Under the pieces are notes generated by a model, which was given only the letters and a program-made list of their open reading frames with translations, made no database searches and was not told where the DNA came from. A stretch of DNA of 64,000 nucleotides from Azolla caroliniana. Taxonomy: Eukaryota; Plantae; Polypodiophyta. The position numbers and the translations under genes were made by a program. The DNA is taken from positions 15,748,001 through 15,812,000 of the forward strand of contig JBHGNT010000006.1 of NCBI GenBank assembly GCA_043228905.1. Reading direction: 5' to 3'. Shown in pieces: positions 63,301-64,000 of the stretch. Positions within the stretch are counted from its first letter, which is position 1, and the number at the start of each line of letters is the position of its first letter.

Positions 63301-64000
63301 CATGTTTTTTCATTACCCTTTCATCATATGTAGAGCTTGTATAATAATACCTGATGTCCTATTGCTTCTATTAGAAACCGTGTCGAGGCAAGAAACAAGG
63401 AGGAGTTAAGGATATACACTATTTCCCTACATCCTTCCTTGCACATCTCAAACGAGCCAGAAAAGAAAAGGATTGTCGCTTAGTCAAGGTGTACGAAATG
63501 GAGGAAGATGGCTCTTTTAAAAAATTTAGCCACAAAAAAGATATTACAAGAGATCTTTACTACAATGTGGTTTGCGGTGATGTCATCGACTTGATCCAGA
63601 AGGTGCCAAAGAAGGAATATACGCTAATGATTGTGGATATTCCTTACGGATTTTGAATGGCTGGGTCATCATACGACGATGAACCGTTTAGGTTTAAACA
63701 ATTGGAGAAGATGGTCAAGGATTTCGCTGAGCTAACGACCGCATCCTTGTGGCGAATAATTGTCTTTCATAGTATGGACCAAGGGTACTCGGTAGCTCAA
63801 GCTTTGAGATCTCGTTGCCATGGCATCGAGAACCTTGCATGGTAAGGATTATTTATAGGTGTCTTTCACTATATTGCATTTCTTAAGGTTGTTGAATCTA
63901 TTCTTAACTCGATGTATTATTTTTTATAGGATCAAGACCAATGTAAATAGAGGGCCAACTTTTCGGTTCGTTAATGCCATTGAATACATAACGGTTGGCT
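60316..64000 (+). pseudogene. Spliced ParB/Srx-like domain plus beta-class N6-adenine/N4-cytosine DNA methyltransferase fusion (runs off window)
   Basis: Exons 60316-60350, 61439-63076, 63153-63291, 63375-63841, 63930->64000; all GT-AG and frame-preserving by manual translation. ParB-like IREP..HVQNLKKKM..YFVIGGSHSAEARRQL..HN. MTase NVVCGDVIDLIQKVPKKEYTLMIVDIPYGF (DIPY at 63636-63647) and WIKTNVNRGPTFRFVNAIEYITVG. In-frame stops TAG 61581 and TGA 63654. Confidence 0.82.
60401..60995. repeat. Array of 12 palindromes GAACTCGATACG-N-CGTATCGAGTTC, period 51-52 bp, in intron 1
   Basis: Starts at 60401, 60453, 60505, 60556, 60607, 60658, 60709, 60760, 60818, 60869, 60920 and 60971. In several copies the arms extend to ~43 bp (TTTAAACAG...CTGTTTAAA). 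Confidence 0.97.

Noticed and set aside
60316-64000. Bacterial contamination, or a C5-cytosine or METTL3/MT-A70 methyltransferase
   Set aside because: Four frame-preserving GT-AG introns and a TATA box show a eukaryotic gene. The motif is DIPY in a beta-class context, not the PC motif of C5 enzymes or the DPPW of MT-A70.

Overview
Eukaryotic, repeat-rich plant DNA; the retroelement types suggest a seed-free land plant such as a fern or lycophyte (inference). There is one host gene: a 14-exon signal peptide peptidase-like (SPPL, GxGD protease) gene on the minus strand, 50087-38334. The rest is transposable elements: (i) a spliced Sola2-like DDD transposase gene (~582-5017) facing a convergent RING-H2 gene; (ii) nested, decayed Ty3/Gypsy elements, a Copia fragment and an LTR-borne minisatellite (11.9-37.2 kb); (iii) two RTE/RTE-X-like LINEs; (iv) a Sola1-like transposase (59472-56692, minus). 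The most interesting signal is at the right end. The Sola1-like transposase is arranged head-to-head with a spliced gene encoding a ParB/Srx-like domain fused to a bacterial-type beta-class amino (N6-A/N4-C) DNA methyltransferase (motifs GDVIDL...IVDIPY and WIKTN...EYI). The first intron of that gene holds 12 near-perfect 25-bp palindromes at a 51-52 bp period, with one spacer exactly inverted. This looks like a eukaryotic DNA transposon carrying its own DNA-modification module and a candidate binding-site array. This copy has in-frame stops and runs off the window. All calls were made by eye; no database searches were run.
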